A stretch of 64,000 bases of DNA from an uncultured Gemmatimonadales bacterium (GCA_963823035.1 CAWGKG010000018.1:192001-256000); one strand, 5' to 3'; positions 41,458 through 51,489 are shown, numbered from the stretch's first letter. Notes: generated from the letters alone by a model not told the origin. Made by a program: numbers and translations.

Positions 41458-42628
41458 CGGCCACGGGCAGTCGGATCTGGAAGGTGGTTCCCTCGGCGCC
41501 CTCGAGGAGCTCGATGCGCCCCCGGTGGACCCCTTCGACGATGCGGCGGGAGAGCGCGAGGCCGACGCCCCATCCGCCGGACTTCGTGGTGACGCCCGGC
41601 TCGAAGATCCTGTCCCGGATCTCCGGGCTGACGCCCGGCCCACTGTCGCGGATGCGCAGGCTGACCTGCCCACCCCCGACCTCACGGGCGTAGATCGAGA
41701 TGCGTCCGCCGCGGCCGGCGAGGGCGTCGAGGGCGTTCTTCACCACGTTCTCCAGCGCCCACACGAGCAGCACCTCGTTGGCCTCCACGTTCGGCAGCGT
41801 TTCCGGGACGTCGACGATCAGCTCCACCCCTCTACCCAAACGAGGCAGGCGGGCGGCCAAATAGCGCTCCAGGTCGCGGACGACCTTGGGGAGCGAGAGG
41901 CTCTCCAGCTCGGGCTCGCGCCCGATCAGCTCGAAGCGGTGGCTGATGCGCTCCAGGCGCTCGAGGTCCTCTTCGATGGCGTCCGCCACGTCGGCGTCCG
42001 CGAGCGAGCCCGGACGATCGGAGTGCGGCAGCTTGAGCACCTCGAGCCAGCCCTGCAGCGACGACAGCGGCGTGCCGAGCTGGTGCGCCAGCTCGCGCGC
42101 CATCGACGTCCAGGCGCGCTCGCTCTCCGCCCGGCGCTGCTGGCGGATCATCGTGAAGCCCGCGAACACGGTCAGGAGGAGGCCCCCGGCCAGGAGCCGG
42201 GTGATCCACCGGATCTTGCTCACCTGCGGCGTGTCGCCGAAGTGCAGGTGCTGCACGCGGGGGTCACCGACCGGGGGATGGCGCACGTCGAGCCGCCGGA
42301 TGTAGGAACGCATGCGCTCCTGCCCCTCGGCCGTGTCGAGGTCCACGTCGAAGGGGATGTTCACCGCGCTCACGATGGTGTCACCGGGTCCGGAGACCAC
42401 GAGCGGCACCCCCGACCCAACGATGATCGTCTGCAGCCGGTAGAGCGCCTCGTCCGCGGTGGCCGGATCGGGGTTGACGAGCCCCGCCTGCACCTGCGAG
42501 AAGATCTCCGTGAGCGTGGCGGCATCGCCCTGCAGCGCCTTGACGATCTGGCCGGTGGAATACAGGTACCACGCCACCAGGACGACGAACATCGTCGCGA
42601 AGGCGACAGGCCATTTGCTGCGTGGCAT
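41450..42628 (-). CDS. Membrane-bound sensor histidine kinase
   Basis: Two TM segments; H-box ELAHQLGTPLSSL, N-box ENVVKNALDA, DSGPG, G2 box GWGVGL. Confidence 0.93.
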   Translation of the reverse strand: MPRSKWPVAFATMFVVLVAWYLYSTGQIVKALQGDAATLTEIFSQVQAGLVNPDPATADEALYRLQTIIVGSGVPLVVSGPGDTIVSAVNIPFDVDLDTAEGQERMRSYIRRLDVRHPPVGDPRVQHLHFGDTPQVSKIRWITRLLAGGLLLTVFAGFTMIRQQRRAESERAWTSMARELAHQLGTPLSSLQGWLEVLKLPHSDRPGSLADADVADAIEEDLERLERISHRFELIGREPELESLSLPKVVRDLERYLAARLPRLGRGVELIVDVPETLPNVEANEVLLVWALENVVKNALDALAGRGGRISIYAREVGGGQVSLRIRDSGPGVSPEIRDRIFEPGVTTKSGGWGVGLALSRRIVEGVHRGRIELLEGAEGTTFQIRLPVADA

Positions 42629-42641
42629 CGAATCGCCCGGG

Positions 42642-43925
42642 TCAGCCCGGGACGCTCAGGCGGTCCTGCCCCAGATAGGGCCGCAGAGGCTCGGGGAGCA
42701 CCACGCTTCCGTCCGCCTCCTGGTACGTCTCCAGGAGGGCGGCCACCACGCGCGGCAGCGCCAGCGCCGAGCCGTTCAGGGTGTGCACGAACTCCGGCTT
42801 CTCCCCCTGCGCCGGTCGGAAGCGGAGGTTCGCCCGCCGGGCCTGGTAGTCGGTGAACACCGAGCAACTCGAGACCTCGAGCCACTTCCCCACGCCGGGA
42901 GCCCACACCTCGAGGTCGTAGGTCATGGCACTGCTGAAACCGAGGTCGCCCGTGGCCAGGATCACCCTCCGGTAGTGCAGCCCCAGCCGCTCGAGCAGCG
43001 TCTCCGCCTCACGCGTGAGCTCCTCGAGCGCCTCCCTGCTGCGCGCGGGTGGCTCGTAGCGCACGAGCTCGACCTTGTCGAACTGGTGCACGCGCAGCAG
43101 GCCACGCGTGTCCTTTCCGGCGGCGCCGGCCTCGCGGCGGAAGCAAGGCGAATAGGCCGTGTACTTCACGGGCAGATCCGTGCCCTTGAGCAGCTCGTCG
43201 CGGTGCAGGTTCGTGACCGGCACCTCCGCCGTGGGGATCAGCCAGAGGTCGTCCCGCTCGGTCTGGTACGACTCGTCCGCGAACTTGGGAAGCTGTCCGG
43301 TACCCGTGAGCGTCTCGCGCGTGACCAGGTACGGGACGCGTAGCTCCACGTAGCCGTGCTCCCGCGTGTGCACGTCCAGGAACCAGTCGATCAGGCCGCG
43401 CTGCAGGCGGGCGCCCCCACCGCGCAGGACGGGGAACCCCGAGCCGCTGATCCGCGAGCCACGGGCAAGGTCCAGGATGCCGAGCGCCTCTCCCACCTCC
43501 CAGTGGGGCTTGGGCTCGAAGTCGAAGACACGCGGCTCCCCCCACGTGGCCGCGACGACGTTGGCCTCCTCCCCTCCGGCGGGCACCTCGTCGAGGGGTA
43601 CGTTGGGAACCGAGAGGAGGATCTCCTCGACGCGCGCCTCGTTCGCCTTGACGATGTCGTCCAGCTCCGAGATCCGATCGCCGAGGGTGCGCATCGCGAG
43701 GATCAGCTCCTCCGCGTCGCCGCCCGTCCGCTTGATCTCACCGATCTGCTTCGACGCCTCGTTGCGTCGCGCCTTCAGATCGTTGACCTCGCCGATGGCC
43801 TCCCGGCGTGCCTCGTCCAGCCGCCCGACCTCGTCCACGACGCCGGGGAGGTCGGGATCGCCCCGGCGCGCGAGCGCCCGTTTCAACTCCTCGGGCTCGT
43901 GACGGAACCTCCGGATGTCGAGCAT
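42642..43925 (-). CDS. serS: Serine--tRNA ligase
   Basis: MLDI plus coiled-coil arm, TGQLPKF, LIPTAEVP, CFRREAG, RVHQFDKVE, EVSSCS, HTLNGSALA. Confidence 0.97.
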   Translation of the reverse strand: MLDIRRFRHEPEELKRALARRGDPDLPGVVDEVGRLDEARREAIGEVNDLKARRNEASKQIGEIKRTGGDAEELILAMRTLGDRISELDDIVKANEARVEEILLSVPNVPLDEVPAGGEEANVVAATWGEPRVFDFEPKPHWEVGEALGILDLARGSRISGSGFPVLRGGGARLQRGLIDWFLDVHTREHGYVELRVPYLVTRETLTGTGQLPKFADESYQTERDDLWLIPTAEVPVTNLHRDELLKGTDLPVKYTAYSPCFRREAGAAGKDTRGLLRVHQFDKVELVRYEPPARSREALEELTREAETLLERLGLHYRRVILATGDLGFSSAMTYDLEVWAPGVGKWLEVSSCSVFTDYQARRANLRFRPAQGEKPEFVHTLNGSALALPRVVAALLETYQEADGSVVLPEPLRPYLGQDRLSVPG

Positions 43926-43944
43926 GTGGGGTCCGGGGGGAGGA

Positions 43945-44547
43945 TCAGTTCTTGGGAATGAGCGACCGGTCGTTGCAGACCGGACTCGAGTCGTAGTAGA
44001 AGCGCAGCGTGCCCTCGACCGGCTCGATGTCCACCGGCGCCATCTTCGCATAGAATACGCAATACGTACCGAAGCTGCCCACCGTCTGGTTGGTCCGGAT
44101 CACATAGACCGAGCCCATGCGCACCGTCACCGGGTCGAGGCCCGTGTAGACGGTGGTGTCGGCCGGCGCCTCGACCACGTCGTCGAAGTTGGCGTTCGGC
44201 AGCTCCGCGATGCGCGCCCTCGCCGAGATACCGAGCGCGCCGGGCGGAAGGAGCACGATCTGGCCGGACTTCGTGCCCACGGCCAGGTCCCAGTTGCCCG
44301 TCGAGTTCGGCCGCTCCACCAGCACCGAGATGCGGTTGTGGAAGTTGAAGCCCGAGGGGAGGCCCAGCTCGGGACGCGCCAGCGAGTACAGGAGGACGGT
44401 GTCCTTGCTGCTGGACCACTGGATCGCGAAGGGGTCGGCTCCGCACGCGGTCGACCCCGCGAGGCCCACGGCCGCCACCGCAGCGACCACGAGGGCGGCA
44501 CGGCTCCGAAGACGGATCGCCGGCGGAACGGGGATGCGAAGGCTCAT
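43945..44547 (-). CDS. Putative lipoprotein, beta-rich
   Basis: Hydrophobic signal ending STA-C; beta-strand-rich mature part containing WDLAV. Confidence 0.65.
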   Translation of the reverse strand: MSLRIPVPPAIRLRSRAALVVAAVAAVGLAGSTACGADPFAIQWSSSKDTVLLYSLARPELGLPSGFNFHNRISVLVERPNSTGNWDLAVGTKSGQIVLLPPGALGISARARIAELPNANFDDVVEAPADTTVYTGLDPVTVRMGSVYVIRTNQTVGSFGTYCVFYAKMAPVDIEPVEGTLRFYYDSSPVCNDRSLIPKN

Positions 44548-44644
44548 CAGGCGTGGGAACTCCGAAATGCAGGGTGCGAACGCAGCAGGGGAAACTGCCG
44601 GAAGCCGCGAGGGGGGTGTCAACCCCGAAAAGCCCCGTCGTTGC

Positions 44645-44673
44645 TTGACTTAACCCGGGGTGCCGGGTAGGTT
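44645..44673 (+). promoter_or_regulatory. Putative sigma-70 promoter of the response regulator operon
   Basis: TTGACT-17 nt-TAGGTT upstream of ATG 44734. Confidence 0.55.
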
Positions 44674-44733
44674 CCCCGCCCGATGCGCACCCCTCGGGAG
44701 CCGGGGGGCCCGTGCCGCCCCAGCCGAGGTCCG

Positions 44734-45132
44734 ATGGTCGCCGAGCCCATCCTTTCCCTGCGCCGACGGATCCTCGTCGCCGACGACGAGCCGCACATCC
44801 GTCGGATCCTCACGACCCTTCTCTCCAATGCCTTCTTCGACGTGATCGAGGCGTACGACGGGGAGGAGGCGATCGAGCACGTCGAGTCCGGTGAGCAGAT
44901 CGACGGGTTCATCCTGGACCTCATGATGCCGCGCGCGAGCGGGCTCGAGGTCCTGGCGCGCGTCCGTAGCCACGCCGTCCACCGGCACGCACCCGTGATC
45001 ATCCTCACGGCCAAGGGACAGGACACCGATCGGCAGGCCGCCCTCGCGGCCGGCGCCGACGACTTCCTCACGAAGCCCTTCAGCCCGAAGAAGCTCCTCG
45101 CGCGCATCCAGGAGATCGTCGCTGAACGCTGA
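44734..45132 (+). CDS. Single-domain response regulator (CheY-like receiver)
   Basis: ILVADDE, ILDLMMP..SG, ILTAKG, GADDFLTKPF. Confidence 0.93.
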   Translation: MVAEPILSLRRRILVADDEPHIRRILTTLLSNAFFDVIEAYDGEEAIEHVESGEQIDGFILDLMMPRASGLEVLARVRSHAVHRHAPVIILTAKGQDTDRQAALAAGADDFLTKPFSPKKLLARIQEIVAER

Positions 45133-46168
45133 GCCCAACCTCTGGATCCTCGTGCTCGCCGGGGGGGTGGGGTCACGCTTCTGGCCGGTCAGCACGCGTA
45201 CCCGCCCGAAGCAGCTGCTCCCGCTCGCGGGCGACCGGCCGCTCATCGCGGAGACCCTCGACCGGGCGCGATCCCTCGCGGACGACGCGCACATCCGCAT
45301 CCTCGCGGGCGAGCATCTCGTGGAGGCCTTCCGGCTGGCGGTTCCCGACCTGCCGGGCTCGTCCTACCTGGTGGAGCCGCGGGCGCGCGGCACCTGTCCC
45401 GTCCTGGCATGGGCGGCCAGCGAGATCGCGCGGGTCGACCCCGAGGCCGTGCTGGTCTCGCTGCACGCCGACCACCTCGTCCATCCCCTCCCCGCCTTCC
45501 AGGATACGGTGCGGGTCGCGGCGGAGCTGGCCACGACGCACGAGCGCCTGGTCACGATCGGCGTGGCCCCCGACCGCATCGAGACGGGGTTCGGACACAT
45601 CCAGCTCGGGGCGCCGATCGAGGCCGGGGGGGAGCCGCGGCGTTCCACGTCGCCGCGTTCCACGAGAAGCCGGACGCGGACACCGCGCGTCGCTACATGG
45701 ACGCCGGCTACGTGTGGAACTCGGGGATCTTCGTCTGGAAGGCCGCCACCTTCCTCGACGAGGTACGCCGCCACGCCCCGCAGGTCGCCGGACACCTCGC
45801 GACCCTCGAGGGCGACGGGGCCGAGGCGTTCTTCCGCGACGTCCCCAATTGCGTCGTGGACACGGAGGTCCTGGAGCGCAGCGACCGCGTGGCGTGCGTG
45901 AAGGCCACCTTCACCTGGGACGACGTGGGCAGTTGGGAAGCGCTCGCGCGCACCCACGCCTCCGACGCCCAGGGGAACGTGGTGGTCGGGAACGGCAGCG
46001 TGGTGGAGGGAAAGCGGCAACATCGTCTTCTCGGAGGGCGGGCGCGTGGTGCTCTTCGGGATCGAGGACTGCGTCGTCGTGCAGAGCGGTCCCGTCACGC
46101 TCGTGCTCCCGCGCGGACACGCGGCCGACCTGAAGCGGCTCCTGCGGGCCCTCGGCGAGGACGCGTGA
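45122..46168 (+). CDS. manC: Mannose-1-phosphate guanylyltransferase; two frameshifts (about 45635 and 46010)
   Basis: VLAGGVGSRFWPVS..RPKQLL, EP..RGT, ADH, GFGHI | FHEKPD, WNSGIFVW, WDDVGSW | NIVFS..VVLFGIEDCVVV to TGA at 46168. Confidence 0.88.
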
Positions 46169-46186
46169 GGAAGGCGTGAGGGCCCC

Positions 46187-47405
46187 GTGAGCGACCACCG
46201 CCTCTACCTCTTCGACGACGGGCGTGCCCGGGCTTGGGCGCCCTTCGCCCTCACGCGCCCGGTGGGCGAGCTGAGGTACGGGTGCCTGACGCAGCGCGAG
46301 CGGGCCGAGCGCGGCCTCGGCCTCCCCTGTGCGGGCCACCTCGTGGCGGCGGAGCTCGCCGGTTTCGACGAGCCGGAAGCGGCGCCATGCGTCACACCGC
46401 GGGAGGCACCCGTCGACGTCGACCGCATCCTCCTCTCGAGCCGGGCCGTCCCCGGGTTCCACGAGGTCCACGTCGGGCGCGGTGCGGCACGACTCACGAT
46501 CGGCGGCGAGACGGTCGGGTGGGTGATCCCCGCCGGCCAGGCGACGCCCGCCTACGCGAGGCTCCTGGACCCGGCGTCGGACACGGAGGGAGCGGCCGTG
46601 GCGCTCGAGGGCACCGTCCTCGGCTGGCCGTGGCATCTGGTGGCGGGCACGCCGGGGCGAATCGCCGCGGACGTGGCGCACCTCCATCCCGACGAGGCCG
46701 CGCCGGAGGGGATCGTGCGCGTGGGGGAGGGGCGGATCTCCCTGGGAGAGGGGGCGACGATCGAGCCTGGGGTCGTCGTGGACACGCGCGGCGGACCCGT
46801 ACGCCTCGACGACGGCGCGCGCGTGGAGGGACCGGCCCGCCTCGTGGGCCCACTCCATGTCGGGCGAGGCTCGGTGGTCTTCGGCGGACACGTCGGCACC
46901 TCGTCCATCGGGCCGGTGTGCAAGGTGCGTGGCGAGCTCGCGGACTCCGTGCTCCTCGGCTTCGTGAACAAGGCGCACGACGGCCACCTCGGGCACGCCC
47001 TCCTCGGGCGCTGGGTCAACCTCGGCGCCGGCACGATCAACTCCGATCTGAAGAACAACTATCGCACCGTGCGCGTGTGGACGTCGCGAAGGCGAGCGGG
47101 ACAGCGGGCTGACCAAGGTCGGCTGCTTCCTCGGCGACCACGTGAAGACGGGCATCGGCACCGTGCTCAACACGGGCACCGTGGTCGGCGCGGGGAGCAA
47201 CGTGTTCGGGGGGCTCATGCCCCCCACGGTCGTGCCCCCCTTCTCGTGGGGGGCGGGCGACGCGCTCACCACGTACCGTTTCGACAAGTTCGTCGAGACC
47301 GCCGAGGCGGCGATGGCGCGGCGCGACCAGGCGCTCACGCCTGGCGTGCGGCGCATCCTCTCGGAAGCCTGGGAGGCTACGCGCCCGGAACGGGGCGACC
47401 GATGA
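46187..47405 (+). CDS. GlmU-related putative sugar nucleotidyltransferase/acetyltransferase with left-handed beta-helix; frameshift near 47090
   Basis: PFALTRPVGELRYG, hexapeptide repeats, NKAHDGHLGH..LG.WVNLGAGT.NSDLKNNY | KVGCFLGDHVKTGIGT.LNTGTVVG..SNVFG. Confidence 0.85.
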
Positions 47406-47418
47406 GCCCGGCGGCCCC

Positions 47419-48241
47419 GTGAGGGTCGCGGTCCTCGGCAGCGGAAGCTCCGGCAACGCCACGCTGGTGCGCGCGGGCAACACGCGGGTCCTGGTGGACG
47501 CGGGCTTCAGCGCGCGGGACCTCGCCCGCCGGCTCGACCTGCTCGGGGTCGAGCCCGAAGAGGTGGCCGCGATCGTGGTCACCCACGACCACGGGGACCA
47601 CACGCGCGGCATGGGCGTCTTCGCCCGCCGACACGGCACGCCGATCCACATGACCGAGCGCACGAGGGACGCTTGCCGGAAGCTCCTGCGCGGCGACGAG
47701 GACATCCATCTCTACCGCCCTGGACGCCCCTTCATCGTGGGCGATGTGCGCGTCGAGCCGTTTCTCACGGTGCACGACGCCGCCGACCCGGTCGGTGTCG
47801 CGCTGGTGGACGAATGCACGGGGCTACGCATGGGCTTGGCCACCGACCTCGGCCGCCCGACCGCACAGATCCGCCACGCCCTGGGTGGGTGTGACCTCCT
47901 CATCCTGGAGGCCAACCACGACGAGGTGCTGCTGCACACCAGCGCACTACCCCTCGTCCGTGAAGCGGAGGATCGCCTCCAGCCACGGCCACCTCTCCAA
48001 CCAGGCCGCGGCCCGCTTCGCCGTCGAGCTCCTGCACCCCCGCCTGGCCGGCGTGATCCTCGCGCACCTGTCCAACGAGTGCAATCGCCCTGAGCTGGCA
48101 CGGCAGGTCGTGGGCACGGCCTTGAGGAAGGCGGGCTGGAAGGGGCACATGGAGGTTGCGCAGCAGGGTGAGCCTTCGGACTGGCTGGACGTGGAGGAGC
48201 TCCGACTGCGGGCCGGGCCTTCGCAGCTCAGCTTCCTCTAG
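47419..48241 (+). CDS. MBL-fold metallo-hydrolase (YycJ/WalJ-like); frameshift near 47940
   Basis: LGSGSSGN, THDHGDH, HDAADP, TDLG, LEANHD | GHLSN, LAHLSNECN. Confidence 0.9.
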
Positions 48242-48275
48242 GGAGCTGGTCGCGGGCCTTTCTTCGTTCGCGGGG

Positions 48276-48411
48276 GGGAGGCGAGGGCGCGCGGCCCGCG
48301 ACGAGACCGCTCGGGCGCGGGTTGGCGGGCGTCCGCTGGCTTCTTCCGCATCCCTCGCTCGGCTGCTACGCGCAGCCGAGTCTCGCTGCGGGCCGCACGC
48401 CCTCGCCTCCC
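48276..48411. repeat. Structured palindromic repeat, copy 1 (24-bp closing stem around an 88-nt core)
   Basis: 48276-48299 pairs with 48388-48411 (one mismatch, G-U on the minus strand). The core is the reverse complement of the copy 2 core at 78/88 positions. Confidence 0.85.
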
Positions 48412-48664
48412 GGCCGTGAGCTCGAGGCGCCGCGATCCGTCCAGGGTCGCTGCGCGGGGCAGCTTCGCGGTGGGCCTCATCCTGCCGCGCCTCTTTGCGG
48501 ACCGGGTGATGGGGCCGACCGTTCCGGTCACGTGATCCCCCCGATGTCACCCCGAAGGAGCCGCCCGGTCGTCCGACCACCAGGCCCAAAGCGGACGCGC
48601 GAGGAAACGAGCGCCCCACCCTCGCGTTCCAGGGGCATTTCGAGCCGCTCCCCGAACGAAGTGA

Positions 48665-48804
48665 GGGGGAGCCGGCGGCGCACGCTCCGCAGCGAGACTC
48701 GGCTGCGCGTAGCAGCCGAGCGAGGGAAGCGGAGCGAGCCCGCGTACGCCCGGACACCAGCGCCCGAGCGGTCTCGTCGCGGAGCGTGCGCCGCCGGCTC
48801 CCCC
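48665..48804. repeat. Structured palindromic repeat, copy 2 (perfect 26-bp closing stem around an 88-nt core), inverted relative to copy 1
   Basis: 48665-48690 pairs with 48779-48804; internal hairpin CTCGGCTGC-gcgta-GCAGCCGAG; CGAGAC/GTCTCG helix. Confidence 0.85.
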
Positions 48805-48818
48805 GCCCCCGAAGGACC

Positions 48819-51489
48819 CTACAGCAGCTCGAACCGCCCCTGGAAGAACCGCAGCTTCTCGGGCTCGTACACGAAGCGCAGGCCGCGCATCGACGTGCGC
48901 TTCTCCCAGACGCGGATCACGCCCTCCGCCACGGCGCGCATGTGGTCCTCGGTGTACACGCGGCGTGGGATCGTGAGGCGCACCAGCTCGAGCGCGGGGC
49001 GGTAGTTCTCGCCGGTCTCGGGGTTCCTGCCTTTCGAGACGTTACCACGCTCCATCGCGCGCACGCCCGTCTCGACGAAGAGCTCGGCGGCGAGGCGCTG
49101 CGCCGGGTACTCGTCCTGGTCGATGTGCGGGAGGAAGCGCTTGGCGTCCAGGAACACGGCGTGCGTGCCGATGGGGGACACGATCGGCACGCCGGCTTCG
49201 TGCAGCACGCGGCCGAGCTCGCGCGTCTGGTGGACCCGAGACCGGATGTAGCGATCGTCCACCATCTCCTCGACGCCGCGCGCGATGGCGGCGAGGTCCG
49301 CGGTCGCGAGGCCGCCGTCCGTGACGTTCCCCTCGTAGATGCGCAGGAGCTCTTCGGCGCGCGTCGTCCACTCGGCATTGTCACGGAAGGCGAGCACGCC
49401 GCCCATGTTGATCAGGAAGTCCTTCTTCCCACTCACCGTGCACCCGTCGCCGTAGATCATCATCTCGCGAAGGATGTCGCGCACGGGGGTGTCGGCGTAG
49501 CGAAAGTCGTTCGCCCGGATCATGAAGGCGTTCTCGACGCAGCGCGTCGCGTCGAAGAAGACCGGGATGCCCCGCTCGGTGCAGTAGGCGTAGACGTCCT
49601 TCATGTTGTCCATGCTGACCGGCTGCCCGCCGGCCAGGTTCACCGAGTGCTCGAACGAGATGTACGCGACCTGCGCGGCACCGTGCTCGTCGACCACGGC
49701 GCGCAGCTTGTCCAGGTCGATGTTTCCCTTCCAGGGGAACGTGCTCTCCGGATCGTGCGCCTCGTCCACGATCACGTCCACGAACACCCCACCCGCCATC
49801 TCCTGGTGGAGCTTGGTGGTCGTGAAGTACATGTTGCCGGGCACGATCTGCCCGGGACGGATCATGATCTGGCTGAGGATATGCTCGGCTGCCCGGCCCT
49901 GGTGCGTCGGGATGATGTGCTCGTAGCCGAACGCCTCGCGCAGCGCCGCTACCATCTTCGGGTACTCGTCCGAGGTGGCCTGCGCGGGCCGCACGCCGTT
50001 GAAGGCCGCCCACTGGTCCGTGCTCATCGCCGAGGTGCCCGAGTCGGTGAGCAGGTCGATCGTGACGTCGGCGGACGAAAGCAGGAACGTGTTGTAGCCC
50101 GCCGCGCGAATCGCCTTCTCGCGCTGCCCGCGGGTCAGCGCGCCCACCCGCTCGATCGTGTGGATCTGGTACGGGAGCACGTCGAGCTCGTAGGTCTCCA
50201 CGTCCGGGAAGACCCAGTGGTAGGTCATCATGTCCCGCCACTCGCCCCGTTCCACCACCTGGAGGCCCGTGATCGAGTCGGCCTGGCGGGCCAGCGCCGA
50301 CGATGGCGTCGGCCACCTTGTCGAGCTGCCGGTTCGTCATCGCCAGCCGCGGGATCTGGACGGGCACGAGCCCCTCCGACCCCTTCCGGTACATCGCCAC
50401 CGCCCGCACGCCGGAGATCAGGTACAGCGCCGCGCTGAAGGTGTCCCGCGCGGTGGCCCCCGCCTGCGGGAGCAGTCGGTCGGCGCGAATGTAGGCGCCA
50501 TCACACCCTCGCTCGAGCGGGACGCCCGCGTCCCGTAGCCGCCGGGTGAACCGCTCCGTCTGGTGCATCACCCAGTGCACCTCGTCCTCGTCCGCCATCT
50601 CCTCGATGCCGCGCGCGAGCACCTCCATCGTGCGCCCGGCCATCCCGCCGTAGGTATGCAGCCCCTCGAAGACCACGACCTCGTTCATGAGGCGCTCGTG
50701 GTCGCTGGGGTTGTCGGTGCTCAGCAGCCCGCCGGCGTTCGCCTTCGGATCCTGTGCGCCGTCGAGCTGGAGGATGTGGCTGGTCTTCACCATCTGCCGG
50801 ACGAGCGAGCGGATGTCACGGTCGCCGTGCCCTCCCTCGTGCCGCTGCACGTACCACGCGTTCTCGATCATTCGCGAGCCGTCGAGCACCAGGCGCGCGC
50901 CATGGCGGTCCGCCAGCTCCCGCACCGCGCGCAGGTTCTTCAGGCTGATGGGGTGCTGTCCGTCCGCGAACGCCTGCACGTCCACCACGGGCACCGACCC
51001 CGCCTCGAGCAACGCCTCCAGGCGTTCGAGGTCGATGTTTCCGGTGAAGACGGGCTCGGACCGGTTGCGGACGTCGACCACCTCGACCTCGCGGGGGGTG
51101 AGGACGTCCATCCTGTCACGGCCGTTGCTCGGCACGACGGAGCCGGCGGGCACGAGCGTGGCCACCAGGAGCTTCACCGAGCCGAGGATGTTGTGCGTCG
51201 GGCACACGTACCCGTGCCCCAGCACGTCGCGCACGGCGACCTGCAGCCGCTCGAAGTTGCGGCTGCCCGCGTAGGCCTCGTCGCCCAGGACCTGGCCGGC
51301 GAGCTGCTCCTGGCTCATCGCGCTGGTGCCCACCGACGTCATGTCGAAGGTGAGCTGTGAAGGCGTGAGGTTGAACACGTTGAAGCGGGCCTGGGCCAGG
51401 TGCTTCTTCCGCTCCTCGAGCGTCGGGAACGAGAGGAGACGGACGGTCTTGATCTTGTGGGGCTCCGCAACGGGCTCGAGGCGCGTCAT
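48819..51489 (-). CDS. tpl: Tandem-duplicated tyrosine phenol-lyase/tryptophanase-family beta-eliminating lyase (about 889 aa after removing one extra base near 50297)
   Basis: N-half: EPHKIKTV, GTSAMS.EQ, GDEAYAGS.NF, EG..TYGGMAGR. C-half: AGYNTFLL, DLLTDSGT, PTHQGRAAE, GNMYFTTT, VNLAGGQP, DATR, SGKKD, ERG, VRLTIPRRVYT, LRFF. The N-half C-terminus continues without a stop in the frame of the C-half. Confidence 0.88.

Noticed and set aside
48276..48804. CRISPR array or IS element interpretation of the repeats
   Set aside because: Only two inverted copies, no regular spacers, no cas or transposase gene, and no clear target-site duplication.
48238..49005. Small ORFs across the repeat region sharing RSETRLRVAAERG
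   Set aside because: The shared peptide is just the translation of the DNA repeat. There is no RBS or other coding evidence.
50300..51489. N-terminal TPL repeat as a decaying pseudogene
   Set aside because: It is a full-length open frame, and the losses are non-random: the partner-subunit catalytic loops are the parts retained.
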